From positions 248,001-312,000 of IMG/VR virus record IMGVR_UViG_3300044712_000810: a DNA stretch of 64,000 bases; one strand, 5' to 3'. The number at the start of each line of letters is the position of its first letter. Positions within the stretch are counted from its first letter, which is position 1. Made by a program: the position numbers and the translations under genes. Under the pieces are notes generated by a model that saw only the letters and a list, made by a program, of their open reading frames with translations, was not told the DNA's origin and made no database searches. Positions 9,989-19,639 of this stretch are shown in pieces.

Positions 9989-10383
9989 CAAAAAAAGAAC
10001 TAAACAAAAATCTTCGTATGCTTGGTAAATTTATTTATCATACTAAATGGAACGATGAACCAAGAAGACGATTATGTTCACATATCATGGATAAGGTATT
10101 TAATTATGGACCTATTAAAGATTTTCCAAATCAAAATACTCATGGTTGTGATATACCTGAAACTCAAGTAACACATCTTGGAAATTATGAAATTGAAACT
10201 AGAGATAATAAAAGAATTAGAAAATTTACACATGGATTTAATTTTAAATTCGCAATAAGTTTTCAAAAATGGAGAGGCAGAGATAAAGAACATTATTTAG
10301 TTGATTATTTAGAATCAAATGGTGCACTTGAAGATGAAGCATATCTTCTTGAAATTACAAAACTTATGATTGAAGCAATATAA
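9985..10383 (+). CDS. Small protein with K(-7) motif
   Basis: Ends EDEAYLLEITKLMIEAI. Confidence 0.6.
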   Translation: MTKKELNKNLRMLGKFIYHTKWNDEPRRRLCSHIMDKVFNYGPIKDFPNQNTHGCDIPETQVTHLGNYEIETRDNKRIRKFTHGFNFKFAISFQKWRGRDKEHYLVDYLESNGALEDEAYLLEITKLMIEAI

Positions 10384-10799
10384 TGACAGAACGACAATTT
10401 AAAATCTTATATAATAAAGTTATAAAAACTAGTTGTAAAAAGAAAACAATAAATCCCGGAACCCAATGGGAAAAACAAGTATCTGAATTTAATCATGAGA
10501 TTATTCCAGATATATTAAAATTTGGAGTTTTTAAAACATTTGAATTAGAATCTGGATATCATTGTTGTTTAATTAAACCAAAAAATATTGAAGATTTTTC
10601 ATTAAAACTTGATGCGTTCAATCTATCATTAAATATAGAAAAAATGGAAGCATATTATGTTGGCGGAACTATTAGAATTAAAGTATCAAATATGAAAAAA
10701 GTATACTTTAATTTCTTAAATTATTTAATTACAAATAAGGCACACGAGGATGAAGATTATATTATTAATCTTCAAAAAATACTAATAGTAAATCTATGA
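10383..10799 (+). CDS. Small protein with K(-7) motif; tail paralogous to the previous gene
   Basis: Ends EDEDYIINLQKILIVNL. Confidence 0.6.
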   Translation: MTERQFKILYNKVIKTSCKKKTINPGTQWEKQVSEFNHEIIPDILKFGVFKTFELESGYHCCLIKPKNIEDFSLKLDAFNLSLNIEKMEAYYVGGTIRIKVSNMKKVYFNFLNYLITNKAHEDEDYIINLQKILIVNL

Positions 10800-11023
10800 T
10801 GGACATTTTATATTTCATTAAAACACATCGATATATCGAACTTGATGATATACGAATAATGTTCGATGGACAAATTAGAAAAATGCATGACTATAAACAT
10901 ATATTTAGTAATAATTTATATAGGACTATGACCATTGATGAATTATTAAATAGATTTGACTTAGATTGTTTACCTGAATATTTTAGAATTGAAGTACAAA
11001 AACTTTTACTACTCGGAGTGTAA
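10796..11023 (+). CDS. Small protein with K(-7) motif
   Basis: Ends RIEVQKLLLLGV. Confidence 0.55.
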   Translation: MMDILYFIKTHRYIELDDIRIMFDGQIRKMHDYKHIFSNNLYRTMTIDELLNRFDLDCLPEYFRIEVQKLLLLGV

Positions 11024-12286
11024 ATGTCACTAAAACATATTTATGAAGCGATACAAGATATCGCGGCCTATTCCGGACGTATTGATAAAGAAAACTGTAT
11101 TGAAAAATATAAAAATGATCCATTGTTTAAAGCAGTGGTTCATTTTGCAGTAAATCCATTTAAGAAATATAATATGACTTCAGTTGATTACATACCCGAA
11201 CATGTAACCGAAGAAGTGAAAACTCATCAAACCAATGACAATATATTTAAAATGTTGAATTATCTTGAGAGTAAGAATGGAGCTACAAACGCTGATAAGT
11301 TAAACTTGAATCTACTCGCATCAATAGATCGTGAAACTGCCGAAGTCGTTAATATGATTGTGGCCAAAGATCTACGTTGTGGTGCAAATTCAAGAACTTT
11401 TAGAAAAATATTTCCTGATATTCCCGAATTTGGACTTATGTTATGTGAGGATGAATTCAAAAAATTTGAGAAAAAAATAAAAATAGATAAAGTCGCACTT
11501 TGCGATTGTATGTGGTCTATTAAATTAGATGGTGTTCGAAACTATTGTGTTTCTTCACAAAAGATTCAACACTTATCCAGAAATGGTCGTGAATATCCAA
11601 ACTTCGGCAAAGCATTTAATGAACATATTCATGAATGGACAAAGATTTGTCGTAAACAAACTGGTATTCGTGAACCAATTATGGATGGAGAAACAATTAG
11701 CAAATGTGATAACTTCCAAAACTTGATGACTCAAGTTAAGAAGCTTAAAGATGCAGATCCTAGTATTTTCAATTTCTTTGTATTTGATCTGGCCGTACCA
11801 AACATCAAACTGAAACAAAGATATGAAATGCTTGTAAGTATATTCGACGAGTTCCAAAAACTTGGTGACTCTAATATATTTTTACTTGAACATAAAACAC
11901 TAACTAATATTAATACAGAACAAGAACTGTATGATTTTTCATATTCATATTCGGATCAAGGATATGAAGGATTGGTAATTAAAAATCCAGAAAGTTATTA
12001 TGAACCAAAAAGATCGGCCAACTGGCTTAAGATTAAGAAGTTTAAATCACTTGATCTTCCAGTAATCGGTTGGGAGTACGGCAAAGGTAAATATGAAGAC
12101 CTACTTGGTTACTTTATATGTGACTACAATGGTGTAAAAGTAGAAGTTGGTTCTGGACTTTCAGACGCTCAACGTGAAGAGTTTATGGAAGATACACCAA
12201 AACTTATCGAAGTTAAATACTTTGAAGAAACCAAAGACAAAAGTTTGCGTTTTCCAATATTTTTAAGAGTGAGAGATGATAAATGA
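11024..12286 (+). CDS. lig: ATP-dependent DNA ligase
   Basis: KLDGVR (motif I), MDGE, VFD, GYEGLVIK, KRSANWLKIKK, VGSG and C-terminal LRFPIFLRVRDDK. Confidence 0.95.
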   Translation: MSLKHIYEAIQDIAAYSGRIDKENCIEKYKNDPLFKAVVHFAVNPFKKYNMTSVDYIPEHVTEEVKTHQTNDNIFKMLNYLESKNGATNADKLNLNLLASIDRETAEVVNMIVAKDLRCGANSRTFRKIFPDIPEFGLMLCEDEFKKFEKKIKIDKVALCDCMWSIKLDGVRNYCVSSQKIQHLSRNGREYPNFGKAFNEHIHEWTKICRKQTGIREPIMDGETISKCDNFQNLMTQVKKLKDADPSIFNFFVFDLAVPNIKLKQRYEMLVSIFDEFQKLGDSNIFLLEHKTLTNINTEQELYDFSYSYSDQGYEGLVIKNPESYYEPKRSANWLKIKKFKSLDLPVIGWEYGKGKYEDLLGYFICDYNGVKVEVGSGLSDAQREEFMEDTPKLIEVKYFEETKDKSLRFPIFLRVRDDK

Positions 12287-12585
12287 TATTAAATTTTATA
12301 TTATATGGTATATTTTGTGTCTTGAATTATTTTGATTATGATACAACGAAACGTCTGTTAAATGATTATCCTGGCGAAGTATATGAATCAAATCCAGTAG
12401 TCGCTTATATAATTAATAAATTTGGAATGACAACATTTCAAGTTATAAAATTAGGTGTAATACCTATTATTGCCGCCTTTGTTTTAAATAATATTATAAT
12501 GACAATAATCATTGTTGCATACGCATATTTTGTATATAAAAACTATGATAATTTAAAATTCTTAGAAAGGAATGAAAATGAGTAG
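12283..12585 (+). CDS. Small membrane protein (DUF5658-like)
   Basis: DYDTT...YESNP motif plus hydrophobic helices. Confidence 0.5.
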   Translation: MILNFILYGIFCVLNYFDYDTTKRLLNDYPGEVYESNPVVAYIINKFGMTTFQVIKLGVIPIIAAFVLNNIIMTIIIVAYAYFVYKNYDNLKFLERNENE

Positions 12586-12754
12586 ATATTGTGTAAAATG
12601 CGATAAAGACTTTGAAATTACTGATGATATTTGTCCAATCTGTAAAGCAAGATTACAAGTATCAAAAAATTGTCTTATCGTTACCGAATACGGTGATGTT
12701 GAAGATGTAATGCGAGAGAAAAATAAAAACAAAATTGAAATTTTAACAAGCTAA
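12572..12754 (+). CDS. Zinc-ribbon protein
   Basis: CVKC...CPIC. Confidence 0.5.
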   Translation: MKMSRYCVKCDKDFEITDDICPICKARLQVSKNCLIVTEYGDVEDVMREKNKNKIEILTS

Positions 12755-12760
12755 ATATAC

Positions 12761-12792
12761 GGGGAGGGAAACCTCCCCATATTTTATTTTTT
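12761..12792 (+). terminator. Intrinsic terminator
   Basis: GGGGAGG-GAAA-CCTCCCC followed by a T tract. Confidence 0.7.
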
Positions 12793-12806
12793 TATGGAGG
12801 AATACA

Positions 12807-14072
12807 ATGGCAGGATCTACAGGATTATATGAAATCTCATTTAAAATGGGAAAGAATGATACAAATAATATTCAACATTTCTCAATTATTAGAGTACCAT
12901 TAGAAAAACATGCATCTTTTGCTATTTGTAAATTAAATCTAAGTCCGACTCAGATTAAAGCAATTCAAACGGCTTGTGGGCAAAATAAATACATTGAAGC
13001 GGTTGTTGAAATATATCAAGTTGACCGTGAAACAAAGAAAAGACAATCTCCAATAAGTCAAAAGAAATATTTAATATTATCTGCAAAACCAGATAGTGGT
13101 GAAAATATTGATGTCCGCCAAGCAAAACAAAGTGCTATATTAGTTTTGGCACACCCAGTATTATTTGAAATGAACTCAAGAAATCAATATAATATGAAAC
13201 ACAATAATATGACATGTCTTGATGCAATTAAACAATATGAATCTAAAATACCTGAATATTATGGTGATGTATTTCATATAAATCGTATTGGTGAAAATAC
13301 AAAAAAGAATGATTTCAGATATGAAGAACAATTAATAAAAGCACCAAATGATCTATATGTTCCAAGATTACTTACTGGTATGTATAAGTGCTATCATAGT
13401 TACAACTTATTCTTTTTCGATTGTTTTAATTTATCTAAAACTGCGAAAAAGGAGATTACTATACATCATTTAAACTTTTATGATCCAAAAGATTTTAAAA
13501 AGATTGACATTCATAAAAGTGATGATATCATAAAGTTTTCAATACCAGGAACTGAAACTCCATTTACAGATGTGAATCGTGAATATAACTTTACAACAGA
13601 TCCTAATATTACATATATCACAAGTAACAATCAATATATTCATGAAAAGACAAAGGAAGGTCAATCTAAACAATACGATTCAAAAGATCGTGGAACACAA
13701 AAATTAGCAGGTGATCGTGAATATACTATTACACAAACTGGAAGTGCAAAATACAAAAAAGTTAATCGCGGAACACAAACTATACAAGTAGAAGTGCCAG
13801 AAACTGATATTAAAAATGCCAAAGAAAGAATTACATGTATAAAAGAAACAAAAATTGAAAGTATTAAACAATTTGTGTTTCAAATGTGTTTACCGGACTT
13901 TCCAAACTTTGGTGAAATCTATAACTTGGAACTTGATAATCGATCTGAATATTTATATACTCCAATTGCAATATGTAATAATTTCGTTCGTGAATCAGGA
14001 ACAGATCCTTGGATGAAGCATTATTCTGAAGCAAATTTTGTAAAATATCAGTCTAAAACTACACAGGCATAA
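12807..14072 (+). CDS. Hypothetical protein, possibly virion/baseplate hub
   Basis: 421-aa ORF with strong SD; function guessed from size and beta-rich pattern only. Confidence 0.3.
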   Translation: MAGSTGLYEISFKMGKNDTNNIQHFSIIRVPLEKHASFAICKLNLSPTQIKAIQTACGQNKYIEAVVEIYQVDRETKKRQSPISQKKYLILSAKPDSGENIDVRQAKQSAILVLAHPVLFEMNSRNQYNMKHNNMTCLDAIKQYESKIPEYYGDVFHINRIGENTKKNDFRYEEQLIKAPNDLYVPRLLTGMYKCYHSYNLFFFDCFNLSKTAKKEITIHHLNFYDPKDFKKIDIHKSDDIIKFSIPGTETPFTDVNREYNFTTDPNITYITSNNQYIHEKTKEGQSKQYDSKDRGTQKLAGDREYTITQTGSAKYKKVNRGTQTIQVEVPETDIKNAKERITCIKETKIESIKQFVFQMCLPDFPNFGEIYNLELDNRSEYLYTPIAICNNFVRESGTDPWMKHYSEANFVKYQSKTTQA

Positions 14073-14092
14073 AGTTAAATATTTGCTTTCCT

Positions 14093-14103
14093 CATATAGA
14101 AAT
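14093..14103 (+). promoter_or_regulatory. Recurrent promoter-like motif
   Basis: CATATAGAAAT about 20 nt before ATG 14124. Confidence 0.6.
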
Positions 14104-14123
14104 ATAGTATATAGGAGGCAAAC

Positions 14124-14753
14124 ATGAAACTTCGTTATCACGAGCACGAGTCAAACTTACACTTGTATAAGAGTGATAGGAACATGACTTGGGCACAATT
14201 GTCAGAGGCAGTTGGTATAAAGCCAGCCGTGCTAATTGGATTATCAACTGGTTCAATTTCGCCATTTAAAGAAAATGGCGAAATGCGTAAAGGTATTCAA
14301 AGTCTTATCGAATATCTTGACGTGGAGTTTGAGGATGTGTTTCCGAGGTACTTCTGTCGTCTTAATAAAGCAGAAGAATCAATGTGTAACCTAGAACTTG
14401 TAATTAGTGAACATACGCTGCGAGCAGCAATTGATCCAGAACAACATCTAATCAATGCTGAGTATGTGGATCAATTGAAAAAACTCGATGATCTCAAGCC
14501 AAGAAGTTTTGAGGTCTTAAAGTTACGTCTTAATGGGTACAACTATGAAGATATTGGTTACAAATACAATGTAACTAATACCACCGTGCATGTTGAGTTG
14601 CATAAGATGCTTGAACGCTCTAACATTCTTCCCGAAGAAGCCCACAGTCGATTATCAACTGTTGTGGAAAAAAGGAAAAAAGAAGAAGAGCGGAAACAGC
14701 GAGAAGAACGAAAAAGTGAGGAACGACTTCGAAAACTTCGCATCAATTGGTAA
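14124..14753 (+). CDS. DNA-binding protein: XRE-like HTH plus sigma70 region-4-like HTH
   Basis: MTWAQLSEAVGIKPAVL and LKPRSFEVLKLRLNGYNYEDIGYKYNVT. Confidence 0.6.
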   Translation: MKLRYHEHESNLHLYKSDRNMTWAQLSEAVGIKPAVLIGLSTGSISPFKENGEMRKGIQSLIEYLDVEFEDVFPRYFCRLNKAEESMCNLELVISEHTLRAAIDPEQHLINAEYVDQLKKLDDLKPRSFEVLKLRLNGYNYEDIGYKYNVTNTTVHVELHKMLERSNILPEEAHSRLSTVVEKRKKEEERKQREERKSEERLRKLRINW

Positions 14754-14824
14754 GATAACAATGCAATTAACCTATTTATAAGGATGCCGAAAGGCTTCCT
14801 TTTTTTTCATATTTTCTTACATTT

Positions 14825-14835
14825 CATATAGAAAT
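14825..14835 (+). promoter_or_regulatory. Recurrent promoter-like motif upstream of the ter cassette
   Basis: CATATAGAAAT. Confidence 0.6.
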
Positions 14836-14907
14836 GGTATACGTAATCGGATGTAAAACCGACATGTGTTTCATTAAAAACAACTGAAAAACAGGAAGGA
14901 GACAATC

Positions 14908-15528
14908 ATGGCCGAAGTGTTGAACCTGACCAAAGGCGAAAACATCTCTCTCGACAAAACCGCTGACCAGCTGACCAACATCTTCGTCGGTCTGGGCTGG
15001 AACCCGCAGAAGGGTGCCGGCGCTGATTTCGACCTGGACGCCACGGTCTTGTGTCTCACCAAGGAAGGCAAGGCCCGCAACGCGGCTGACATGTGCTACT
15101 TCGGCAAACTGAGCCTGTACGACGGCGTCATCAAGCACTCCCCCGACGATCTCACCGGAGGCTCGTCCGACGACGGCGACGACGAGATCATCACCTTCGA
15201 TCTGACCAAGATGCCGGCCGATGTGGCCGAAGCCATCGTTGCGGTCACCATCTACCAGGCCAAACAGCGCGGCCAGACCTTCGGACAGGTCGACAATGCC
15301 TACATTCGCGTTGGCACCGCCGACGTGAAGGGCAACTTCGAGCTGGAAAACGTGAAGGTCCTCGCCAAGTTCGACCTCACCGAGAACGCCTCCGGCGCCT
15401 CCGCCGTCATCATGGCCAAGCTGTACAAGACGGACGAGGGCGAGTGGAAGTTCAAGGTCATCGAGGAAGTCTTGAAGGACTTCGAGATCTCGCACCTGGC
15501 CGATCGCTACGGCGTCATGCACAAGTAA
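14908..15528 (+). CDS. terD: TerD-family stress protein
   Basis: NLTKGENISL, VGLGW, DFDLDA, HSPDDLTGG...GDDE, FGQVDNAYIRV, GEWKF; GC-rich codon usage. Confidence 0.92.
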   Translation: MAEVLNLTKGENISLDKTADQLTNIFVGLGWNPQKGAGADFDLDATVLCLTKEGKARNAADMCYFGKLSLYDGVIKHSPDDLTGGSSDDGDDEIITFDLTKMPADVAEAIVAVTIYQAKQRGQTFGQVDNAYIRVGTADVKGNFELENVKVLAKFDLTENASGASAVIMAKLYKTDEGEWKFKVIEEVLKDFEISHLADRYGVMHK

Positions 15529-15579
15529 CACCTGTGGGGTCGGCTCGAAAGAGTCGGCCCCTTTCTACTGGAGACACAA

Positions 15580-16515
15580 ATGCAACACTACTCGTTCGCG
15601 AACATTTTGATCTTTGGATTGTGCGTAGTTTTAGCACTTTTCATTGATCTCCACACTCACAAAAAGGACGAACCAATCAGCGTTAAAAGCGCTGCACTCT
15701 GGTCTGTCTTCTGGGTAGGTCTGGCGCTCCTGTTTTCCGTCTATATTGGCGCAACACACGGAGCCGATCAATCATCGCTATTCCTCGCCGGATATCTACT
15801 CGAGAAATCTCTCTCAGTGGACAATCTGTTCGTGTTCATGGCGGTGTTTGCATCATTCGGAATTCAAGACAAATATCAGCACCGAATTCTATACTTCGGT
15901 ATTATCGGTGCTCTCATCTTGCGATTTATCTTCATTGCCATCGGCAGCAGTTTCTTGCTCATTGCCGGAAAATGGGCATTAACAGCTTTTGCCTTATTCG
16001 TTTTGTGGTCCGCATGGAAAATGTGGAAATCCACGGATGATGACAATGAAGAAATAGTCGATTACACGGATCATTGGTCTGTAAAAATCGCAAAAAAGTT
16101 CCTTCCGGTATATCCTCACCGAGACGGCCATAACTTCTTTCACAAAGGAGCTTGTACGCCGTTCTTCCTGTGTCTGATAGTAATCGAAGTCGCAGACGTA
16201 ATGTTTGCATTCGACTCTGTTCCTGCCGTCATAGCAGTAACACAGGAACCATTCTTGGTATATACATCCAACATCTTCGCCATTCTCGGCTTGAGGTCAA
16301 TGTACTTCTTGCTGTCAGCGGCTAAAAGATATCTCTGTCACCTTGAAAAAGCAGTTATCATCGTGCTGGTCTTCATCGGCGTCAAGATGCTTCTTGATGT
16401 CTTTGGGCTTGTCCACATTACTCCGGTGGCAAGCTTGATCATCGTGGCAGCTGTACTCATCGGCGGCGTCATTTCGTCATTCTGTTACCCTGAAAAAGAA
16501 GAAATCACACAATAA
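15580..16515 (+). CDS. terC: TerC/Alx-family membrane protein
   Basis: GYLLEKSLSVDNLFVF, QHRILYFGIIGALILR, ADVMFAFDSVPAVIAVT, TSNIFAILGLRSMYF. Confidence 0.95.
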   Translation: MQHYSFANILIFGLCVVLALFIDLHTHKKDEPISVKSAALWSVFWVGLALLFSVYIGATHGADQSSLFLAGYLLEKSLSVDNLFVFMAVFASFGIQDKYQHRILYFGIIGALILRFIFIAIGSSFLLIAGKWALTAFALFVLWSAWKMWKSTDDDNEEIVDYTDHWSVKIAKKFLPVYPHRDGHNFFHKGACTPFFLCLIVIEVADVMFAFDSVPAVIAVTQEPFLVYTSNIFAILGLRSMYFLLSAAKRYLCHLEKAVIIVLVFIGVKMLLDVFGLVHITPVASLIIVAAVLIGGVISSFCYPEKEEITQ

Positions 16516-16526
16516 GGAGCTACATC

Positions 16527-16979
16527 ATGGGATTCTGGGACGATATCAAAGGTGCTGTTTCCAGCGGCTTTAAGTCGCTTTCGGATGAAGTGTCAAAATA
16601 CAAAAACCAGCCCTTCCTGGATGCTGTCCTTGCTGCTGCCGCAATGGTCGCAGCAGCAGATGGTAAGGTCGATTCTTCCGAAAAGAAGAAGCTCATGTCG
16701 TTCGTCACAAACAACGAACTTCTTTCGGTCTTCGAACCCGCCGTGGTCATCGAGACTTTCAAAAAATATCTCGACATCGTCGAACGCGATCCGGACTTCG
16801 GTCCAACTGAATGCATGGCAGTCGTCAAGAAGCTGAAGGGCAAACCCGAAGCTGACATTGCCATCAGCGTATGCTGCGCCATCGGCAAAGCTGATGGCGA
16901 CTTCGATAAGGACGAAAAAGAAATCGTCAAACAAATGTGCGTTGCTCTCGGCATCGATCCGGCGCAGTTCAGTCTGTAA
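16527..16979 (+). CDS. terB: TerB-family protein
   Basis: AMVAAADGKVDSSEK and IGKADGDFDKDEK...MCVALGIDP. Confidence 0.9.
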   Translation: MGFWDDIKGAVSSGFKSLSDEVSKYKNQPFLDAVLAAAAMVAAADGKVDSSEKKKLMSFVTNNELLSVFEPAVVIETFKKYLDIVERDPDFGPTECMAVVKKLKGKPEADIAISVCCAIGKADGDFDKDEKEIVKQMCVALGIDPAQFSL

Positions 16980-16986
16980 CCCCTGT

Positions 16987-17020
16987 AGGGGAGGTTCGCC
17001 TCCCCTGCTTTTATTTTTAT
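16987..17020 (+). terminator. Terminator of the ter cassette
   Basis: AGGGGAGG-TTCG-CCTCCCCT followed by a T tract. Confidence 0.8.
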
Positions 17021-17032
17021 TTTCTCAAGTTT

Positions 17033-17043
17033 CATATAGAAAT
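17033..17043 (+). promoter_or_regulatory. Recurrent promoter-like motif
   Basis: CATATAGAAAT. Confidence 0.6.
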
Positions 17044-17142
17044 GGTATAGACAGAGTAGGCACACTCTCTCCCCCTGGTAAAGTGGGGGAGTTTTTCGGC
17101 TGCTCCCCCACTTTTTTAATTGGTTTTTATTTTTTCTAGTTT

Positions 17143-17163
17143 TATATAAAAATAATACCCATG
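17143..17163 (+). promoter_or_regulatory. Promoter-like motif, AAAAAT variant
   Basis: ATATAAAAATAATACCCATG, identical to 26493-26512. Confidence 0.55.
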
Positions 17164-17194
17164 GACTCTTTTATTATTATAAATTGGAGAAAAC

Positions 17195-18163
17195 ATGCGA
17201 AAGTACATAAACTATTTAATGCCACATGAAACAATATTAAAAATTCTTGAGAGAATGAATAAAAAGAGAGTCAACTTTTTTATTGACTTACAAAGTATCT
17301 GTAAAGGATTTTATAATAAAGACATCGTAATGTATGAAATATCTGAATATGCAACAAATAATGCAATATCAGACAAATTAATCACCGAACTTAAAGAATA
17401 TCTTAATGGTCTATATTTCAAATATAAACCATATGATCCATTCTTTGTAATTTTTTATGATGATGGTTATAACTCTCAAGCTAAAACCATCAATACTGCA
17501 TATAAATCTGGTCGAACAACATTGAATATGTTCCTCGATTCAGATCATGATGCAGAATTGTTTAGGCAAATAAAGAAATATTATTTTGAAAGAATCGCAG
17601 TAGATTTTAAAAAACCTGAAATATGTGAACCTATTTATTTAAGACAGTGGGAATCAGATATGATTCCACATTATTGTATAATGAATAATTTATTTGATTC
17701 GCATGAAGCTGATGTGCTTAATATTATATTAAGTACGGATAAAGACTTATTACAGTCTTGTAAATATCCAAATACAATTCAAGTGTGTACAACATTCAGA
17801 ACAGGCCAAAGTGGGAAAAAAGAAATCCATTTTGGTTTATATGATAAAAATAATGCACCTGAATATGTATATGAGAATTTCAAAAAAGGCATCGTAACAG
17901 CTGAACATATCCCATTGATATTGGCCATTGCCGGTGACGACAGCGACAACATCAAAGGTATAAAGAAAGGTATTGGAAAGGCGCACGCTATAAAAATGAT
18001 CGAACAATTCAATATTCCAACAAAAATACACGAGATACGTCAACAACTCGACAAGATGCCAGAAGTTATACAAGAACACTTTGATAAACTTTGTGAAAAC
18101 CTAAAATTAATAGATTTTGAAGAACAAATAACTAGAGTGCCACAAGCCGCACTCAAAATCTAG
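17195..18163 (+). CDS. 5'-3' exonuclease / flap endonuclease (T4 RNase H-like)
   Basis: FFIDL, WESD, STDKDLLQ and H3TH motif AIAGDDSDNIKGIKKGIGKAHA. Confidence 0.85.
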   Translation: MRKYINYLMPHETILKILERMNKKRVNFFIDLQSICKGFYNKDIVMYEISEYATNNAISDKLITELKEYLNGLYFKYKPYDPFFVIFYDDGYNSQAKTINTAYKSGRTTLNMFLDSDHDAELFRQIKKYYFERIAVDFKKPEICEPIYLRQWESDMIPHYCIMNNLFDSHEADVLNIILSTDKDLLQSCKYPNTIQVCTTFRTGQSGKKEIHFGLYDKNNAPEYVYENFKKGIVTAEHIPLILAIAGDDSDNIKGIKKGIGKAHAIKMIEQFNIPTKIHEIRQQLDKMPEVIQEHFDKLCENLKLIDFEEQITRVPQAALKI

Positions 18164-18176
18164 GAGGATCTGTTCA

Positions 18177-18575
18177 ATGTTACATGGAGAAATTAACGAG
18201 CTTCTGCGCATGGTCATTGATCAACTTGAGAAAGACGGATATAAACGTCGTGACATGTGCAATCTCACTCTCGGTAACCAATGTGGACCAATGTTCAGTG
18301 AATTTATGAAAGGTAAAGATCTCGGCGTAAAGCCACTTTCAAGAATCATTGATGCGTTTGGCTACGATTTACATTTAGTTCCAATTCCGAAGAAGTCTAA
18401 CGTTGAGACAGCATCTCTCGTTGATACAACTACACGCGACTTTATTGAAAACTGCAAAATTGCAATGATCGGCAACTTAGATAATGCCGACGCTGTAAGT
18501 AAAGCAAAGAATAAAGTATCTGCTGTATTTGAAGAAATTGGACAAGATCTCCTTAAAGAAGCCTTAGGCGAATAA
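18177..18575 (+). CDS. HTH-like DNA-binding protein
   Basis: GKDLGVKPLSRIIDAFGYDLHLVP resembles the tail of an XRE HTH. Confidence 0.45.
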   Translation: MLHGEINELLRMVIDQLEKDGYKRRDMCNLTLGNQCGPMFSEFMKGKDLGVKPLSRIIDAFGYDLHLVPIPKKSNVETASLVDTTTRDFIENCKIAMIGNLDNADAVSKAKNKVSAVFEEIGQDLLKEALGE

Positions 18576-18576
18576 T

Positions 18577-18852
18577 ATGAGTTATACTAATCTAGCTGAA
18601 ATAAAAAAACATTTAGCATCAGTTATGATACAATTCAAAGATGATAATGGTGAATTTAATGTGGATAAAACAAATGTGTTTGAATTACACACATTGATGA
18701 CAAATACAAAAAAAGATCTTGAAGAATATGCTTTAAAATGTTCTGATGATGAAAAACATGATTTAAATATCGGTTTGAATTTGATCAATAATTTTCTCGA
18801 AACAACAACAAAAATTATAAATAAAGATATTAAAAATATTAAATTTAATTAG
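18577..18852 (+). CDS. Hypothetical protein
   Basis: 91-aa ORF. Confidence 0.5.
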   Translation: MSYTNLAEIKKHLASVMIQFKDDNGEFNVDKTNVFELHTLMTNTKKDLEEYALKCSDDEKHDLNIGLNLINNFLETTTKIINKDIKNIKFN

Positions 18853-18861
18853 GAGGCATAT

Positions 18862-19569
18862 ATGCCCCAGACATGGAATAATGTTATTGAATACATCAAG
18901 ATTAATCTTGGTGGTCCATTAAATATGTTGGAAATCAATGATGAAGATTTAGTTAAATTACTTAAAAATCAAGTGTTACCATTCTTTTCACAATACTCAC
19001 CAGCACAAAAATATACTTATATTACGGACGCCGATATGGAAGTAATTGAAAAAGCAGGCGCACCAATGTATATATATAAAATACCGTTGGCAGTAGATGA
19101 AAAGATTATTGACATCATTGATGTTTATAATAGTAAACAAACAGCATTAGTTGATGCATTTGGTGGAGCAATTGTTACAGCTAGAACTGCAGAAGATTTA
19201 GTAATGAGTAACAGTTATATTGATGCCATTCGATCTTTATCAGTTCGAAATACATGGGAATTCTTTCCACCAAATAGAATAGGTCTAGATGTAGATATTA
19301 CCGGATGTACAATTGTATATAATACGGTACACGAAACACTCGATACTATTCAACCAGATATGTATGAACTAATGTTTAAAAAATTGTGTCTTGCCAACGT
19401 TAAAGTTTGGATTGCAAATATGCGTTCGAAATTTAACAACTTGGCGACACCATTTGGTCAAATGGATTTGAATTGGGATAGACTATTACAGGAAGGTCAA
19501 ACGGAGAAACAGGAAGTTATGGTTGACCTTAATTCAATTCCACCAGATCATTTCTTTGAGATTAGTTAA
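18862..19569 (+). CDS. Neck protein, T4 gp13-like
   Basis: N-terminal VIEYIKINLGGPLNMLEINDEDL matches the gp13 pattern (YIxxxLGxPxxxxExxDE); ends PPDHFFEIS. Confidence 0.65.
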   Translation: MPQTWNNVIEYIKINLGGPLNMLEINDEDLVKLLKNQVLPFFSQYSPAQKYTYITDADMEVIEKAGAPMYIYKIPLAVDEKIIDIIDVYNSKQTALVDAFGGAIVTARTAEDLVMSNSYIDAIRSLSVRNTWEFFPPNRIGLDVDITGCTIVYNTVHETLDTIQPDMYELMFKKLCLANVKVWIANMRSKFNNLATPFGQMDLNWDRLLQEGQTEKQEVMVDLNSIPPDHFFEIS

Positions 19570-19639
19570 GGCAATTGCGGTTAATAACCGGAGAAAGAAC
19601 CGCTGAGATCCGTGAAACTATTAAATAGGAGATTTATTT

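Noticed and set aside
14824-15647. Long alternative-frame and antisense ORFs over terD (14824..15531 -, 15093..15647 +)
   Set aside because: Shadow ORFs caused by GC-rich codon bias; no SD or recognisable motifs.
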